DNA from: Patescibacteria group bacterium
Lineage (GTDB): Bacteria; Patescibacteriota; Patescibacteriia; UBA1558; UBA10009
DNA: 64,000 bases
Assembly: GCA_041662565.1 (NCBI GenBank)
Contig: JBAZSE010000003.1
Span: 108,636-172,635 of the forward strand
Reading direction: 5' to 3'
Shown here: piece by piece, positions 30,266 to 39,680 of the stretch
Layout: each line of letters starts with the position of its first letter
Numbering within the stretch: the stretch's first letter is position 1
The notes under the pieces: generated by a model
What the model saw: the letters and a program-made list of their open reading frames with translations, nothing else
What the model was told of the DNA's origin: nothing
Database searches by the model: none
Translations under genes and position numbers: made by a program

Positions 30266-30412
30266 TTAATTTACCTGGTTATCTGTGCTAAACCTTAAAA
30301 TAAAACATATAATTTATTATTACTTTACCACTTTATAGCAAAAAAATAAAGTAGTCCCAATCCCGCTTGGGATTAGGGATAATTTATTCAATTCCTTTTA
30401 AAAGTCATTAAA

Positions 30413-30443
30413 CCAAAAAAGCGGAAAAATCCGCCTTTTTGGT
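30413..30443 (-). terminator. Terminator downstream of tRNA-Gln
   Basis: ACCAAAAAAGCGGAAAAATCCGCCTTTTTGGT hairpin. Confidence 0.6.
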
Positions 30444-30499
30444 TTATTTATTCACACCAAACGATTGACCGCAGTCGGGTCGTTTGGGAAGATTTTTGA

Positions 30500-30573
30500 T
30501 GGCTCGGGGACAGGGAGTCGAACCCCGATTGACAGGACCAGAACCTGCTGTCCTACCATTAGACGATCCCCGA
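30500..30573 (-). tRNA. tRNA-Gln(CTG)
   Basis: TCGGGGATCGTCTAATGGTAGGACAGCAGGTT-CTG-GTCCTGTCAATCGGGGTTCGACTCCCTGTCCCCGAGCCA; cloverleaf with encoded CCA; TTGACG-17-TATTAT upstream. Confidence 0.96.
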
Positions 30574-30677
30574 ATACAATGTTTATTGATTAGTATAATA
30601 TTACAAAAAGACCTTATCGTCAAGATAATTTCTTGTTTTTTGAATTTAATGTTATAATATATCAATCATCAACATCT

Positions 30678-32369
30678 ATGACAGTAGAAATTATTTCTCA
30701 AATAAGTTTACTTTTCGGCTTAATCATTTTGGCTGGTTTTTTAGCAAAATTAATCCGCCAACCCCTAATTATCGCCTACATTGCCGTTGGCATTTTAGCC
30801 GGACCGATTTTTTTAAACATTTTTGGCAACCATAAGGAAATATTTGAACTTTTCTCTCAACTGGGCATTATTTTGCTGTTATTTGTAGTTGGCCTAAGTT
30901 TAAACTTCAATTATCTTAAAAAAATCGGCAAGGTGGCTGTTGTTACTGGTATCGGCCAAGTGGTAATTACTGCCGGACTGGGCTTGGTAATTTTGCAATG
31001 GCTGAATTTTTCTTTAATTCCCGCCGCATATTTGGCCGTAGCCATAACTTTTTCTTCCACCATCATCATAACCAAATTGTTAAGCGATAAAAAGGCCATA
31101 GAATCGCTGTACGGCCGTTCTACCATCGGTTTAATGCTGATCCAGGATATTATTGCCATTTTTTTAATGATTCTGTTGAATTTTTTGGTTAATTCCAATG
31201 ATCTTTCTTTTTTAATCGCTTTACTGATTATTAAAGCCGGCGCTGCGGCCATTTTGATTTTTATCATCTTAAAATACTGCCTACCCTTTCTTCTAAAACA
31301 ATCAGCTAAATCAGCGGAATTTTTGTTTGTTTTTGCCTTGGCTTGGTGTTTTGGCTTAACTTATCTTTTTCACTGGCTAGGTTTTTCTTTGGAAATCGGC
31401 GCCGTTATAGCCGGCTTAACCTTGGGCTCTTCAGCTTACAGTTCCGAAATTGCTTCTCGTATAAAACCCCTACGTGATTTTTTTGTAATTATTTTTTTTA
31501 TTATTTTAGGCGCCGGACTGGGCTTGGAAAATTTAGAACACGCCATCGGGCCTGGCCTGGTTTTAAGCTTGTTTATTTTAATTGGCAATCCCATAATTTT
31601 ATATTTATTATTCCGGCTTTTAAAATACACCAGGCGCAACAGTTTTTTAGCCGGCATAACCTCGGCCCAAGTAAGCGAATTTGGCTTTGTTTTGCTGTTA
31701 ATGGGCAAAAATAACGGACAGGTGGGCGAACAAGAAATGGCGGTTTTTACCTTGGTGGCCATTGGCACTATTTTTATTTCTTCTTACTTAATCACTCATA
31801 GTGAAAAAATATTTGCCGCCCTGGATCCGCTGTTATCGTTTTTTTCCAAGGATAAAAGAATTCAGTTAGAAGATCAGCCGATCACGCATGATGTTTGGGT
31901 TGTGGGCTATCACCGCTTGGGCTGGAAAATTTGCGAGGTTTTACACGAAACAAAAACCAATTTTGGGGTAATTGATTTTAATCCCGAAGTAATTAGCCGG
32001 CTTAAACGCAAGGGCTGGCCTGCCTATTTTGGCGACATCGGTGATATGGAATTTTTGAACTCTTTGCCTTTGGGCCAAGCCAAGTTGGTTGTTTCCACGG
32101 CTTCTAATGTTGAAGATCAATTAACTTTGATAAAAAATATCCGCATTCATAGCCAAAAAACCTGCATCATTACTGATATTGCCGAAGGTAAATATCGCGA
32201 TTCTTTATACGAGGCCGGCTCTAATTACGTGATGACACCGCATATTTTAGGCGGTAACTGGCTGGGGCATATTATTAAAACCAAAGGTATAAACAAAAAA
32301 ATCCTTGAAGGTCTTAAAGCTGATCAAGAACGAGAAATCGTAGCTGGCTTACCGATCCACGATTTATAG
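30678..32369 (+). CDS. CPA2 cation:proton antiporter with C-terminal TrkA-N/RCK domain (KefB/KefC-like)
   Basis: LLLFVVGL, FSSTIII, LIQD, QVSEF, VVGYHRLG, YFGD; start moved to ATG 30678. Confidence 0.92.
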   Translation: MTVEIISQISLLFGLIILAGFLAKLIRQPLIIAYIAVGILAGPIFLNIFGNHKEIFELFSQLGIILLLFVVGLSLNFNYLKKIGKVAVVTGIGQVVITAGLGLVILQWLNFSLIPAAYLAVAITFSSTIIITKLLSDKKAIESLYGRSTIGLMLIQDIIAIFLMILLNFLVNSNDLSFLIALLIIKAGAAAILIFIILKYCLPFLLKQSAKSAEFLFVFALAWCFGLTYLFHWLGFSLEIGAVIAGLTLGSSAYSSEIASRIKPLRDFFVIIFFIILGAGLGLENLEHAIGPGLVLSLFILIGNPIILYLLFRLLKYTRRNSFLAGITSAQVSEFGFVLLLMGKNNGQVGEQEMAVFTLVAIGTIFISSYLITHSEKIFAALDPLLSFFSKDKRIQLEDQPITHDVWVVGYHRLGWKICEVLHETKTNFGVIDFNPEVISRLKRKGWPAYFGDIGDMEFLNSLPLGQAKLVVSTASNVEDQLTLIKNIRIHSQKTCIITDIAEGKYRDSLYEAGSNYVMTPHILGGNWLGHIIKTKGINKKILEGLKADQEREIVAGLPIHDL

Positions 32370-32371
32370 AA

Positions 32372-32388
32372 AGATTGCACGGATTGCG
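32372..32388. repeat. Short 9-mer repeat remnant (same family as 50924)
   Basis: AGATTGCACGGATTGCG = reverse complement of CGCAATCCGTGCAATCT. Confidence 0.35.
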
Positions 32389-32395
32389 CTATCTC

Positions 32396-33982
32396 TCAAC
32401 CCACCACTTCTCCGCCAAAGGCCTCTAAAACCGCTTCTAAACGATTTACTGGATTATCTTTAACTTCCTCTGCTTTGGCTCCAAATTTGCCATCAACTAA
32501 GCCGGTTAGTAATAACGTTCGGCCAAAAACCCTTTCAAAAACATTGTGGACGATTTCCAGGTACTTACTTTCTTTTATTCGTTCATAATGGAAATTAAAT
32601 TGAAAACCCACGGTAATCCTATCTCCTTCAATAGAGATGGGTTGGCCCACCTGCAAAAAAGCGGCTAGAGCATGATTGTATTCCCGCAAGGCCTCAATTA
32701 CATCGGGCCATTTATTTTTTACTTCATCAATGTTAATTGGATTGCCGGTTTTATTAACCGGTTTTTTTGTTTGGATATTTTCATCCTTTAAGGCGGGAGG
32801 AACAACGGGTGGATCCTTTTTTGAAGGTGGTTCCGGGGTAACTTCCTGTTTTGTCGTTACAGGCACAAAATCGGTAATAGCTGCGCTTTTGATAATGGCT
32901 ACTTCCAAAGGCAGCTGAATAATAGCCGCTTGCTTGATGGATGATAATGCTTCCAAGAAAATTTCCAAAACTTTTACCAAATCAGCTGATGATAAACGAG
33001 CGGTTGCTTCCACTATTTTTTTTAACCACTCTTCGCCCGCTTCCCAAACCAAATCATCCCAATGGTTGGTAACTTTGGAAAGCAAAATTTTACGCAAGGT
33101 TTCTACGGTAATTTTAGCAAAATGTTCCAAATCCAAACCTTCTTCAAATAATTGATTAACCAAAATTAAGGCCTCTTTGGTTTTGGATGATAACACCAGG
33201 GTAATTAATTCCATTACCTTTTGCCAATCATTCTTGGGCATAACCAGCGAAGCGGCTTCTTGATCGATTTCTTTTTCCCCAAGTGATAATACTTGGCCCA
33301 AAAGTGAAACCGCATCGCGCAAATAGCCATCCGAGGCGCGGGCGATATTTTCTATTACTTCACCGGTAATATTAACTTCTTCCTGCCTGGCAATACCGGA
33401 AAGATGCAAAATAGCGGCTTCATGTGGCACTTTTTTAAAATCAAACCTCTGACAGCGGGAAATAATGGTTTCGGGAATTTTATGGATTTCGGTCGTGGCT
33501 AAAATAAAAATAGCGTGAGCGGGGGGCTCTTCTAATGTTTTTAAAAGAGCATTAAAGGCCTCGTTGGTTAACATATGGACTTCATCAATTATGAAGACCT
33601 TGTATTTTTCCTTAACCGGCGTGTATTTGGTTTGCTCGCGTAATTCTCTAATTTCGTTAATACCTCGATTGGAGGCAGCATCAATTTCCACCAAATCCAA
33701 AGAACGGCCGTCTTGAATTTCTAAACAGCTGGCGCACTGGCAGCAGGGCTCAATGCCGGCGGACAAAACCGTGTCTGCTCCTTGCAGATTTTGGCAATTT
33801 AACGATTTGGCTAAAATTCTGGCAATGGTTGTTTTGCCAATCCCGCGCGGGCCAGAAAAAAGATAGGCATGGGCGATTTTGCCGGTTAAAATTTCATTTT
33901 GCAAAGTAACCTTAATGTGATTTTGACCGACTACTTCGGCAAACTTTTGCGGACGGTATTTACGATATAATGTTGTTGACAT
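32396..33982 (-). CDS. dnaX: DNA polymerase III subunit gamma/tau
   Basis: LYRKYRPQ, GPRGIGKT, EIDAASN, IIDEVHML, TIISRCQ. Confidence 0.97.
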   Translation of the reverse strand: MSTTLYRKYRPQKFAEVVGQNHIKVTLQNEILTGKIAHAYLFSGPRGIGKTTIARILAKSLNCQNLQGADTVLSAGIEPCCQCASCLEIQDGRSLDLVEIDAASNRGINEIRELREQTKYTPVKEKYKVFIIDEVHMLTNEAFNALLKTLEEPPAHAIFILATTEIHKIPETIISRCQRFDFKKVPHEAAILHLSGIARQEEVNITGEVIENIARASDGYLRDAVSLLGQVLSLGEKEIDQEAASLVMPKNDWQKVMELITLVLSSKTKEALILVNQLFEEGLDLEHFAKITVETLRKILLSKVTNHWDDLVWEAGEEWLKKIVEATARLSSADLVKVLEIFLEALSSIKQAAIIQLPLEVAIIKSAAITDFVPVTTKQEVTPEPPSKKDPPVVPPALKDENIQTKKPVNKTGNPINIDEVKNKWPDVIEALREYNHALAAFLQVGQPISIEGDRITVGFQFNFHYERIKESKYLEIVHNVFERVFGRTLLLTGLVDGKFGAKAEEVKDNPVNRLEAVLEAFGGEVVG

Positions 33983-33991
33983 AGCTGATGA

Positions 33992-34020
33992 ATTTTAGCA
34001 AAAATGGACAAAAATGGCAA
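33992..34020 (-). promoter_or_regulatory. Sigma70 promoter of dnaX
   Basis: TTGCCA-17nt-TAAAAT, 9 nt before the ATG. Confidence 0.55.
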
Positions 34021-34043
34021 ATAAAAAAGCTTTGCTTACAGTC

Positions 34044-34133
34044 GTCATTGCGAGGAGCGCTAGCGACGAAGCAATCCCGATGTGCATACCAAGTACAGCG
34101 GGATTGCCACGCCCCTTCGGGGCTCGCAATGAC
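34044..34133. repeat. Palindromic intergenic element (GTCATTGCGAG...CTCGCAATGAC)
   Basis: Perfect 11-bp terminal inverted repeat; internal GCAATCCCG/CGGGATTGC stem. Confidence 0.85.
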
Positions 34134-34153
34134 CGATAATGGCAAAGCTTTTT

Positions 34154-34684
34154 TTATTTTTTTATCACATTTTCCACCGCGGCCCATTGGCTATCCACGC
34201 CCTTAGGCGTTAAAATAACCGCCTCATCCCCTTCTTCTCCCTTAAAATACGTAATACTAGCTAAAATTACCTTAAAAACCTTATCATCGCATAACACGCG
34301 GTAATCACCGGATTCATCTTTAATCACTTTACCCACCAACCGCTCCCTATCAACCGGCCCGATCTGCTTGTAAGTAAAATTACCAGCTTCATCGATTATC
34401 AGTTTTAAAATATCGCCCTCAACCAACTTTGATTTGGAAATATAATTGGCCGGAACCGAATATTGCTTACCATCCGGACCAATCATCTTTTGCCCGTCAA
34501 ACACGCCTTCTATCACCCGTGATTCATCGGTTTTAACCATTTCGGCCACCGTCGCGGCTTTGCTTAAATAATCCAAGCCCTGGCCTAAATTTAAACTGCC
34601 CCCGTTTAATAAAATTTTACATTTTTGGATTTGAATTTCAATATTTTCCAAAATTTGTTTTAATTCTTCAATATTATTTTCCAT
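34154..34684 (-). CDS. Hypothetical protein (EGVFDGQKM...VPANYISKSKLVEGD)
   Basis: Clean ORF; N-terminal coiled coil followed by a beta-rich domain. Confidence 0.8.
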   Translation of the reverse strand: MENNIEELKQILENIEIQIQKCKILLNGGSLNLGQGLDYLSKAATVAEMVKTDESRVIEGVFDGQKMIGPDGKQYSVPANYISKSKLVEGDILKLIIDEAGNFTYKQIGPVDRERLVGKVIKDESGDYRVLCDDKVFKVILASITYFKGEEGDEAVILTPKGVDSQWAAVENVIKK

Positions 34685-34792
34685 ATTTTTTATTATTATT
34701 TTTGTTATTTTTGAATTGTTTTTATTTTTGTTAACCTACATCAAATTTTTATTTTTCTCATCATCTTAAATATAACAACTGTGCCAAGTTTG

Positions 34793-35317
34793 TCAATACT
34801 GGTAAAGGTAAATCGGCTGAGAATGATTGCTTAGCCGTAAAACTTGCGCCGGCTCTTTATGCGGCAACTTAAAAGCGTACGAAACCAAGCGGGCCCCCGG
34901 TTTTAATTCTTTTTCCAATTTCGGTTCCAATTTATTCATTACTTCCGGCAAACCAAAACAATAAATTACATCCGCATCTTTTAAATCTTCAAAAAAATAA
35001 TTTTTACACAAAACGCGCAACCGCGATCTATTCGAACTGATAAAAAAATTTAATTTAGCCAACCAATAAGGCAATATGGAAATTTCATAACCAATTAATT
35101 GCCGAGCTTGGCTTAAGCTGGCTGCACGTTTAAGCCACCGGCCATCGCCGCAACCCAAATCATAAACAATTTCTCCAGGCTTAATTTTAGCCAAAGTAAT
35201 TGAAGCCAAGGTGGTTTTTTTAAAAGTCGGCACCCAGGGCGCGCCTAAAAAACCGGCCCTAATCATAGAGCCGATAACAATAATAAAAATGATGGTAAAA
35301 ATTAACGGGAGAATCAT
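34793..35317 (-). CDS. Membrane-anchored class I SAM-dependent methyltransferase
   Basis: N-terminal TM, GAPWVPT, YDLGCGDGR, ELKPGARLVSYAF. Confidence 0.88.
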   Translation of the reverse strand: MILPLIFTIIFIIVIGSMIRAGFLGAPWVPTFKKTTLASITLAKIKPGEIVYDLGCGDGRWLKRAASLSQARQLIGYEISILPYWLAKLNFFISSNRSRLRVLCKNYFFEDLKDADVIYCFGLPEVMNKLEPKLEKELKPGARLVSYAFKLPHKEPAQVLRLSNHSQPIYLYQY

Positions 35318-37888
35318 TTATTTACTGACCAATCGCATTCTGGCTAAAATTTCTGCTTCTACGGTTGCCCTATCGCGACCATATTTAAGGCGCGAAAGCT
35401 GTTTAACTTTTTCTACCATTGCTTTATCACCAGGCAACGGGGCAAACGGGGCAAAATTAAAAGCCCGAGCGTTTTGGCTATCAACCAACAGCTTAACGTA
35501 GGCATTAAAACGGGGAATATTGATTAAATCGTATTCGTTAAACACCGGCGCAAACTGCTTGGCCACCAATTCCGCATCATCAGGCCCGATACGAAAAGAG
35601 ACCATGGTGCCCACATTGCCAAAAACCGAATCTCTAATGGAAGTATCATTGCCTTTTTTTACCAATTGGCCGATGTACTGATGGGCAATAGTTAAACACA
35701 GTTTGTATTTTCTGGCTTCGGATAAAATAATGGCAATGGAATCCGTGATAAAATTCTGGAATTCATCAATATACAGATAAAAATTGGTTCGTTCGTTTTC
35801 CGGCACATCCACGCGCGAGAGCGCCGACATTAACAATTTGCCTACTACAACCATACCCAGTAAATTAGCGCTTAAATCACCAATTTTGCCTTTAGCCAGT
35901 TTAATAAGTAAAACTTTACGGCCATCCATAACTTCCCTAAAATTAAACGAAGATTTCTGTTGGGAAATAATTGGCCTAAGTAAATCCGAAGAAACAAAAG
36001 GCGTCAATTTGCTCGTTATGTAAGGCACCATATTGGCGAGTGCTGCTTCACCGCCGGCTTTTTCGGCTTCTTTTTCCCAAAAATCCTTAACCACCGGGTT
36101 AACACATTTGGATAATTTATATTTTCTAAAATTGGCATCGGCCAAAACCTTGGGCACTTCCAACAAAGTTGAACCGGATTCGGTATCTTCCATCATTAAC
36201 AGCATGGCGTTGCGCATATACTGTTCAAACATTGGGCCGCCAGTGGCTTTTAAATCATACAGTTTGTCAAAAATATTTATCATCTCGTTGATGACAAAAG
36301 TTTTTTGTTCCGGGTTGGTAAATTCCAACATATTCAAGGCAATCGGCCGCTCAATATCCGAAGGATCGAACAAAATAACATCATCAGCCCGCTCTGGCGG
36401 AATATGTTCTATAACAGCATCAACCAAATCGCCGTGCGGATCAATTACGCAAACGCCCTCGCCGTTTTTAATATCCTGAATTATCAGGTTGGCTTGAAGT
36501 ACGGATTTACCCGTACCGGATTTACCAATGATATACATGTGGCGCTGGCGATCATCGGTTTTAATGCGCACCGGAGTTTTAACTCCGCGATAAGTGTTTT
36601 CACCCAATAAAATACCTTCGGTTCCCATATTTAAAGGCGGTGCAGCTTTGCGGGCTTCTAGCCAATAAATATTCGGAGTTTCGGAAGTGGGTAGAGGTAA
36701 GTGCCATAAGCTGGCCATTTCTTCGGCATTTAAAATAACATTGTATTTGCGGATAAAAAAACGATGAATAAAATCGGAAACCAAGGTATTGATTCTGACA
36801 AATTTGGCTTTTTTAAAACCATTGCCGTATTCATAAACATTAAATTGGGAAAAACCATTTAAAATATTGGCCAAATAACTATTGGCTAAATCTTTGGTAG
36901 CCGCCGAAACAACCACTCTGATGTTAACATCCATGCCGGCTTTGCTGGTTTTTTCTTCAATACCTTTAACCGTTTCGCTTTCCATGGGCGATAAGCGATG
37001 CGCTGATTCGCTAGCGGTCAAATCATTTTTCTTTTTGGAAATAGAAATAAAAAACTTAAACACTCCACCGATAAAGGCAAAAAGCTTATCAAAAATATTG
37101 CCAAAGCCGGCTTTTCTTAAGGCCCCGGTTAATGTTTTGCCCTGTTGCATTTCGCGAGCCACGGTTACGCCCCGCCGATGCCATCTTTTATGCGAAGACC
37201 TGGCAACAAATTGAATAGCCGCTTCCCCACCGCCGGAAATATTTGCCAAAGCATTGGTTAAAGAATTAAGCGGATCGCTTTCCATTTTTTTGTAGGTTTT
37301 AATCGGAAAAATAAAATCCCTACCAAATCTTAAATATGCTCCGGTAATTACACCTTGGGGCGAAAAAATATTATAATCCTCCACTTCTTCCACTAAAGCA
37401 TAAGGCCAAGCCGAATGGATTTGCTGGGCCAAGGTTTCCTGCAAATAATCGGGTACGCTTAAATAAAAATAAATCTTGCCTTTGGATAATACAATTTCTG
37501 CCGAAAAATGATCTGTTCGGCCAAAAAGCCAATGTAATGGCCCCCGCTGGGCGCGCAGGCCGCCCAAAACCGAAAATAAATTTTCGGCCACGCCGATTTC
37601 TTGTTGCAGAGTTTGCGGAGTTTCTTCTTTATCCACTGCACCTTTGGGCTTAAATTTTTCTTTGGGCAATGAAACGATTAATATTTTTTGTGAAAGCCCT
37701 GCCGGCAAACGATTATGCCTTTCTAAAAACTTCCTGACAATCAATAAGCCAATCCAAATAATCAAAACAATACCTACGGCAATTAATAAATTTGCCAGCC
37801 AGGGATTAATTACAAAAAAATTAACTTGAGGGTTCGGCCCCAAACCGGAATCAATACTAAATTCAATAGCCAATAAATTTACCAGCAT
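35318..37888 (-). CDS. Type IV secretion coupling protein-like ATPase (VirD4/TraD/HerA-FtsK superfamily)
   Basis: N-terminal TM, RHMYIIGKSGTGKS (Walker A), VIDPHGDL, LYIDEFQNF (Walker B), EARKY, AHQY. Confidence 0.9.
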   Translation of the reverse strand: MLVNLLAIEFSIDSGLGPNPQVNFFVINPWLANLLIAVGIVLIIWIGLLIVRKFLERHNRLPAGLSQKILIVSLPKEKFKPKGAVDKEETPQTLQQEIGVAENLFSVLGGLRAQRGPLHWLFGRTDHFSAEIVLSKGKIYFYLSVPDYLQETLAQQIHSAWPYALVEEVEDYNIFSPQGVITGAYLRFGRDFIFPIKTYKKMESDPLNSLTNALANISGGGEAAIQFVARSSHKRWHRRGVTVAREMQQGKTLTGALRKAGFGNIFDKLFAFIGGVFKFFISISKKKNDLTASESAHRLSPMESETVKGIEEKTSKAGMDVNIRVVVSAATKDLANSYLANILNGFSQFNVYEYGNGFKKAKFVRINTLVSDFIHRFFIRKYNVILNAEEMASLWHLPLPTSETPNIYWLEARKAAPPLNMGTEGILLGENTYRGVKTPVRIKTDDRQRHMYIIGKSGTGKSVLQANLIIQDIKNGEGVCVIDPHGDLVDAVIEHIPPERADDVILFDPSDIERPIALNMLEFTNPEQKTFVINEMINIFDKLYDLKATGGPMFEQYMRNAMLLMMEDTESGSTLLEVPKVLADANFRKYKLSKCVNPVVKDFWEKEAEKAGGEAALANMVPYITSKLTPFVSSDLLRPIISQQKSSFNFREVMDGRKVLLIKLAKGKIGDLSANLLGMVVVGKLLMSALSRVDVPENERTNFYLYIDEFQNFITDSIAIILSEARKYKLCLTIAHQYIGQLVKKGNDTSIRDSVFGNVGTMVSFRIGPDDAELVAKQFAPVFNEYDLINIPRFNAYVKLLVDSQNARAFNFAPFAPLPGDKAMVEKVKQLSRLKYGRDRATVEAEILARMRLVSK

Positions 37889-37890
37889 GA

Positions 37891-38421
37891 TTATAATTTA
37901 TCCTTATCCATTTTCTTTTTAAAAGCCAAAATCCGATCGGCTTTAATTTTGGCTTCTTGTTCCAAAAAAAACTTATTTAAGCCCGGAATAATTTTAAGCC
38001 AATCCAAGATAAGGCGGAAAATCTCTTTAACTTTAACCTTGGCTGATTTAAGAAGAAGCGCTATCTTGGAGGCAGTTTCTTCTCCAACTTCTCTGAATTG
38101 CAATTGTTTTTCCGGAGTAAGTTTTAAATATTCTTGTTCCAACCCTTCGGCTAAAATGCCTTCTACCTGATAAAAAACCGGTGTTTTTACGGCGGGTGTA
38201 ATATCGTTAACTGATGGCAAGCTTTGAATAGCCGGATTGGTAAATTCGGATTTTTCCTGAACTTCGGTTGGCTTTTCTAACTGATTTGCCGGTAATTCCA
38301 CCGCCTGTTCCACAGTTTTTTCTACCTCAACTGTTTTTTTGCTTTCTGCTTGGCGATTAGGCAGATCTTTAAGTCCGGCTAAAAAACTTTCAATTTTTTT
38401 ATTAATTTGTTCCGGTTGCAT
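37891..38421 (-). CDS. Hypothetical protein, first gene of the coupling-protein operon
   Basis: ORF ends 2 nt before the ATPase start; extended -10 TGGTATAAT 7 nt upstream of its ATG; C-terminal IPGLNKFFLEQEAKIKAD. Confidence 0.82.
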   Translation of the reverse strand: MQPEQINKKIESFLAGLKDLPNRQAESKKTVEVEKTVEQAVELPANQLEKPTEVQEKSEFTNPAIQSLPSVNDITPAVKTPVFYQVEGILAEGLEQEYLKLTPEKQLQFREVGEETASKIALLLKSAKVKVKEIFRLILDWLKIIPGLNKFFLEQEAKIKADRILAFKKKMDKDKL

Positions 38422-38643
38422 AGATTATATTATACCATAAAATTGAAAAAACAAAAAGATTCAATGGCAATGTTTTTACAAATGGCGGTTTTTAAAGCAG
38501 TCGCCGGGAATATTATAGATTTAACGTCGACGATACTCCTAACGGTTATATTAAGCAAAATGGTGATTATAATCATCATCATTAGATAAAAAAACTCCGC
38601 ACTACTTTATTATAAGATTATGCGGAGAATGAGTTATTAAAAA

Positions 38644-38877
38644 TCAAGGTCTTGATTCAAACCTTCGTGCGGTTATAGCAAGTGCTTCATACTGCTTCCC
38701 ACCCCAAAGGTTTTTCCAGATTCTCAATCCTTCTTTGTCGAAGAAGCCGACATAGACAAAATTTCCATTTGAATCTACTGAACTGGTTCCTATGGAAAAA
38801 GAGGAAAGCAGATAAATTCCTCTAACAGCACGGTTATAATAATAACTAAAGTTATTACAGCTTTTCGAGATAGCATT
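38644..38877 (-). pseudogene. Start-less reading frame / gene remnant
   Basis: 77 sense codons in frame after the stop of ORF 38878-39462, ending ...NFVYVGFFDKEGLRIWKNLWGGKQYEALAITARRFESRP. Confidence 0.35.
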
Positions 38878-39462
38878 TTAATCCCTCTTATAAGTTAGAA
38901 CCTCGAGTTTATTACCTTTGAGAGTAAACTCAATGGTAATATCGGCGATAGGGTTCCAATATTGCGCTATCTTTGGAGGGTCCTCCTTGGTTATTATTCG
39001 ACGACCGAATCTGTCGGTATACCCACTTGTTCTTCTCCCCTCGTATGTTTGTTCTACCTGGCGAACATTCCAGGCGCTATACTTCGCTAGATATCCTTTT
39101 TTGGTTTTGGAAAAAATGATATCTATGAAAAACAGCCCATCTCTTTTAAAAGCGTATTCAAGGAGAGATTTAATTTTCTCGAACCCCTTTGGGTCCTTTT
39201 CATAAGGAGTAATGAGAATAGCTTTAATTATCTCATCAACCTCCTTGGAAAAGGTTTTAAAATTTTCCTGCTGATTTAATTCTTGAGAAAATTTTGGAAA
39301 ACCTTGATTTTCCGCGAAGGCCCTGCCAAGCTCGTAATATTTACCCAGCTCAATTCGCTCCATAATGTCTTGGAGCGGTTCCCCTTTTGAACCAAGCGGA
39401 TTTTGCGCGAATGCTTGGCACGCAATAATGGCTACTGCGATTATTGAGACGAACACTTTCAT
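38878..39462 (-). CDS. Secreted hypothetical protein
   Basis: Signal peptide MKVFVSIIAVAIIACQAFA; SD AAGGAG upstream. Confidence 0.75.
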   Translation of the reverse strand: MKVFVSIIAVAIIACQAFAQNPLGSKGEPLQDIMERIELGKYYELGRAFAENQGFPKFSQELNQQENFKTFSKEVDEIIKAILITPYEKDPKGFEKIKSLLEYAFKRDGLFFIDIIFSKTKKGYLAKYSAWNVRQVEQTYEGRRTSGYTDRFGRRIITKEDPPKIAQYWNPIADITIEFTLKGNKLEVLTYKRD

Positions 39463-39498
39463 GACGAACTCCTTTGTGTTGTGGAAATATTTGATGGT

Positions 39499-39549
39499 TT
39501 AGTTATGGCCCTAAAATTGCCTAAATATGCCTCTTTAGGCCCATAACTA
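39499..39549. other. Inverted repeat upstream of the secreted-protein gene
   Basis: TAGTTATGGCCCTAAA...TTTAGGCCCATAACTA (16 bp, 1 mismatch). Confidence 0.6.
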
Positions 39550-39680
39550 TCATTTTTTGATTGTAATTTACAAAGAACTATTCATTAAGAAAAAATATAA
39601 GCTTTTTAAATAATATTATCAGATGATGACGGCGCAAGTTAAACGGACATCGGGGTCTTGAGTAATTAATTTATTTATTT

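Noticed and set aside
30444-30665. 73-aa ORF
   Set aside because: Overlaps tRNA-Gln and its promoter
33960-34206. Two opposing 72-75-aa ORFs
   Set aside because: Artefacts of the palindromic repeat at 34044-34133
35318-37888. Integrated conjugative element around the VirD4-like gene
   Set aside because: No relaxase, VirB4, integrase or att sites; codon style matches the host
38407-38589. 60-aa plus-strand ORF
   Set aside because: Overlaps the start and promoter of the 37891-38421 gene; no recognisable features
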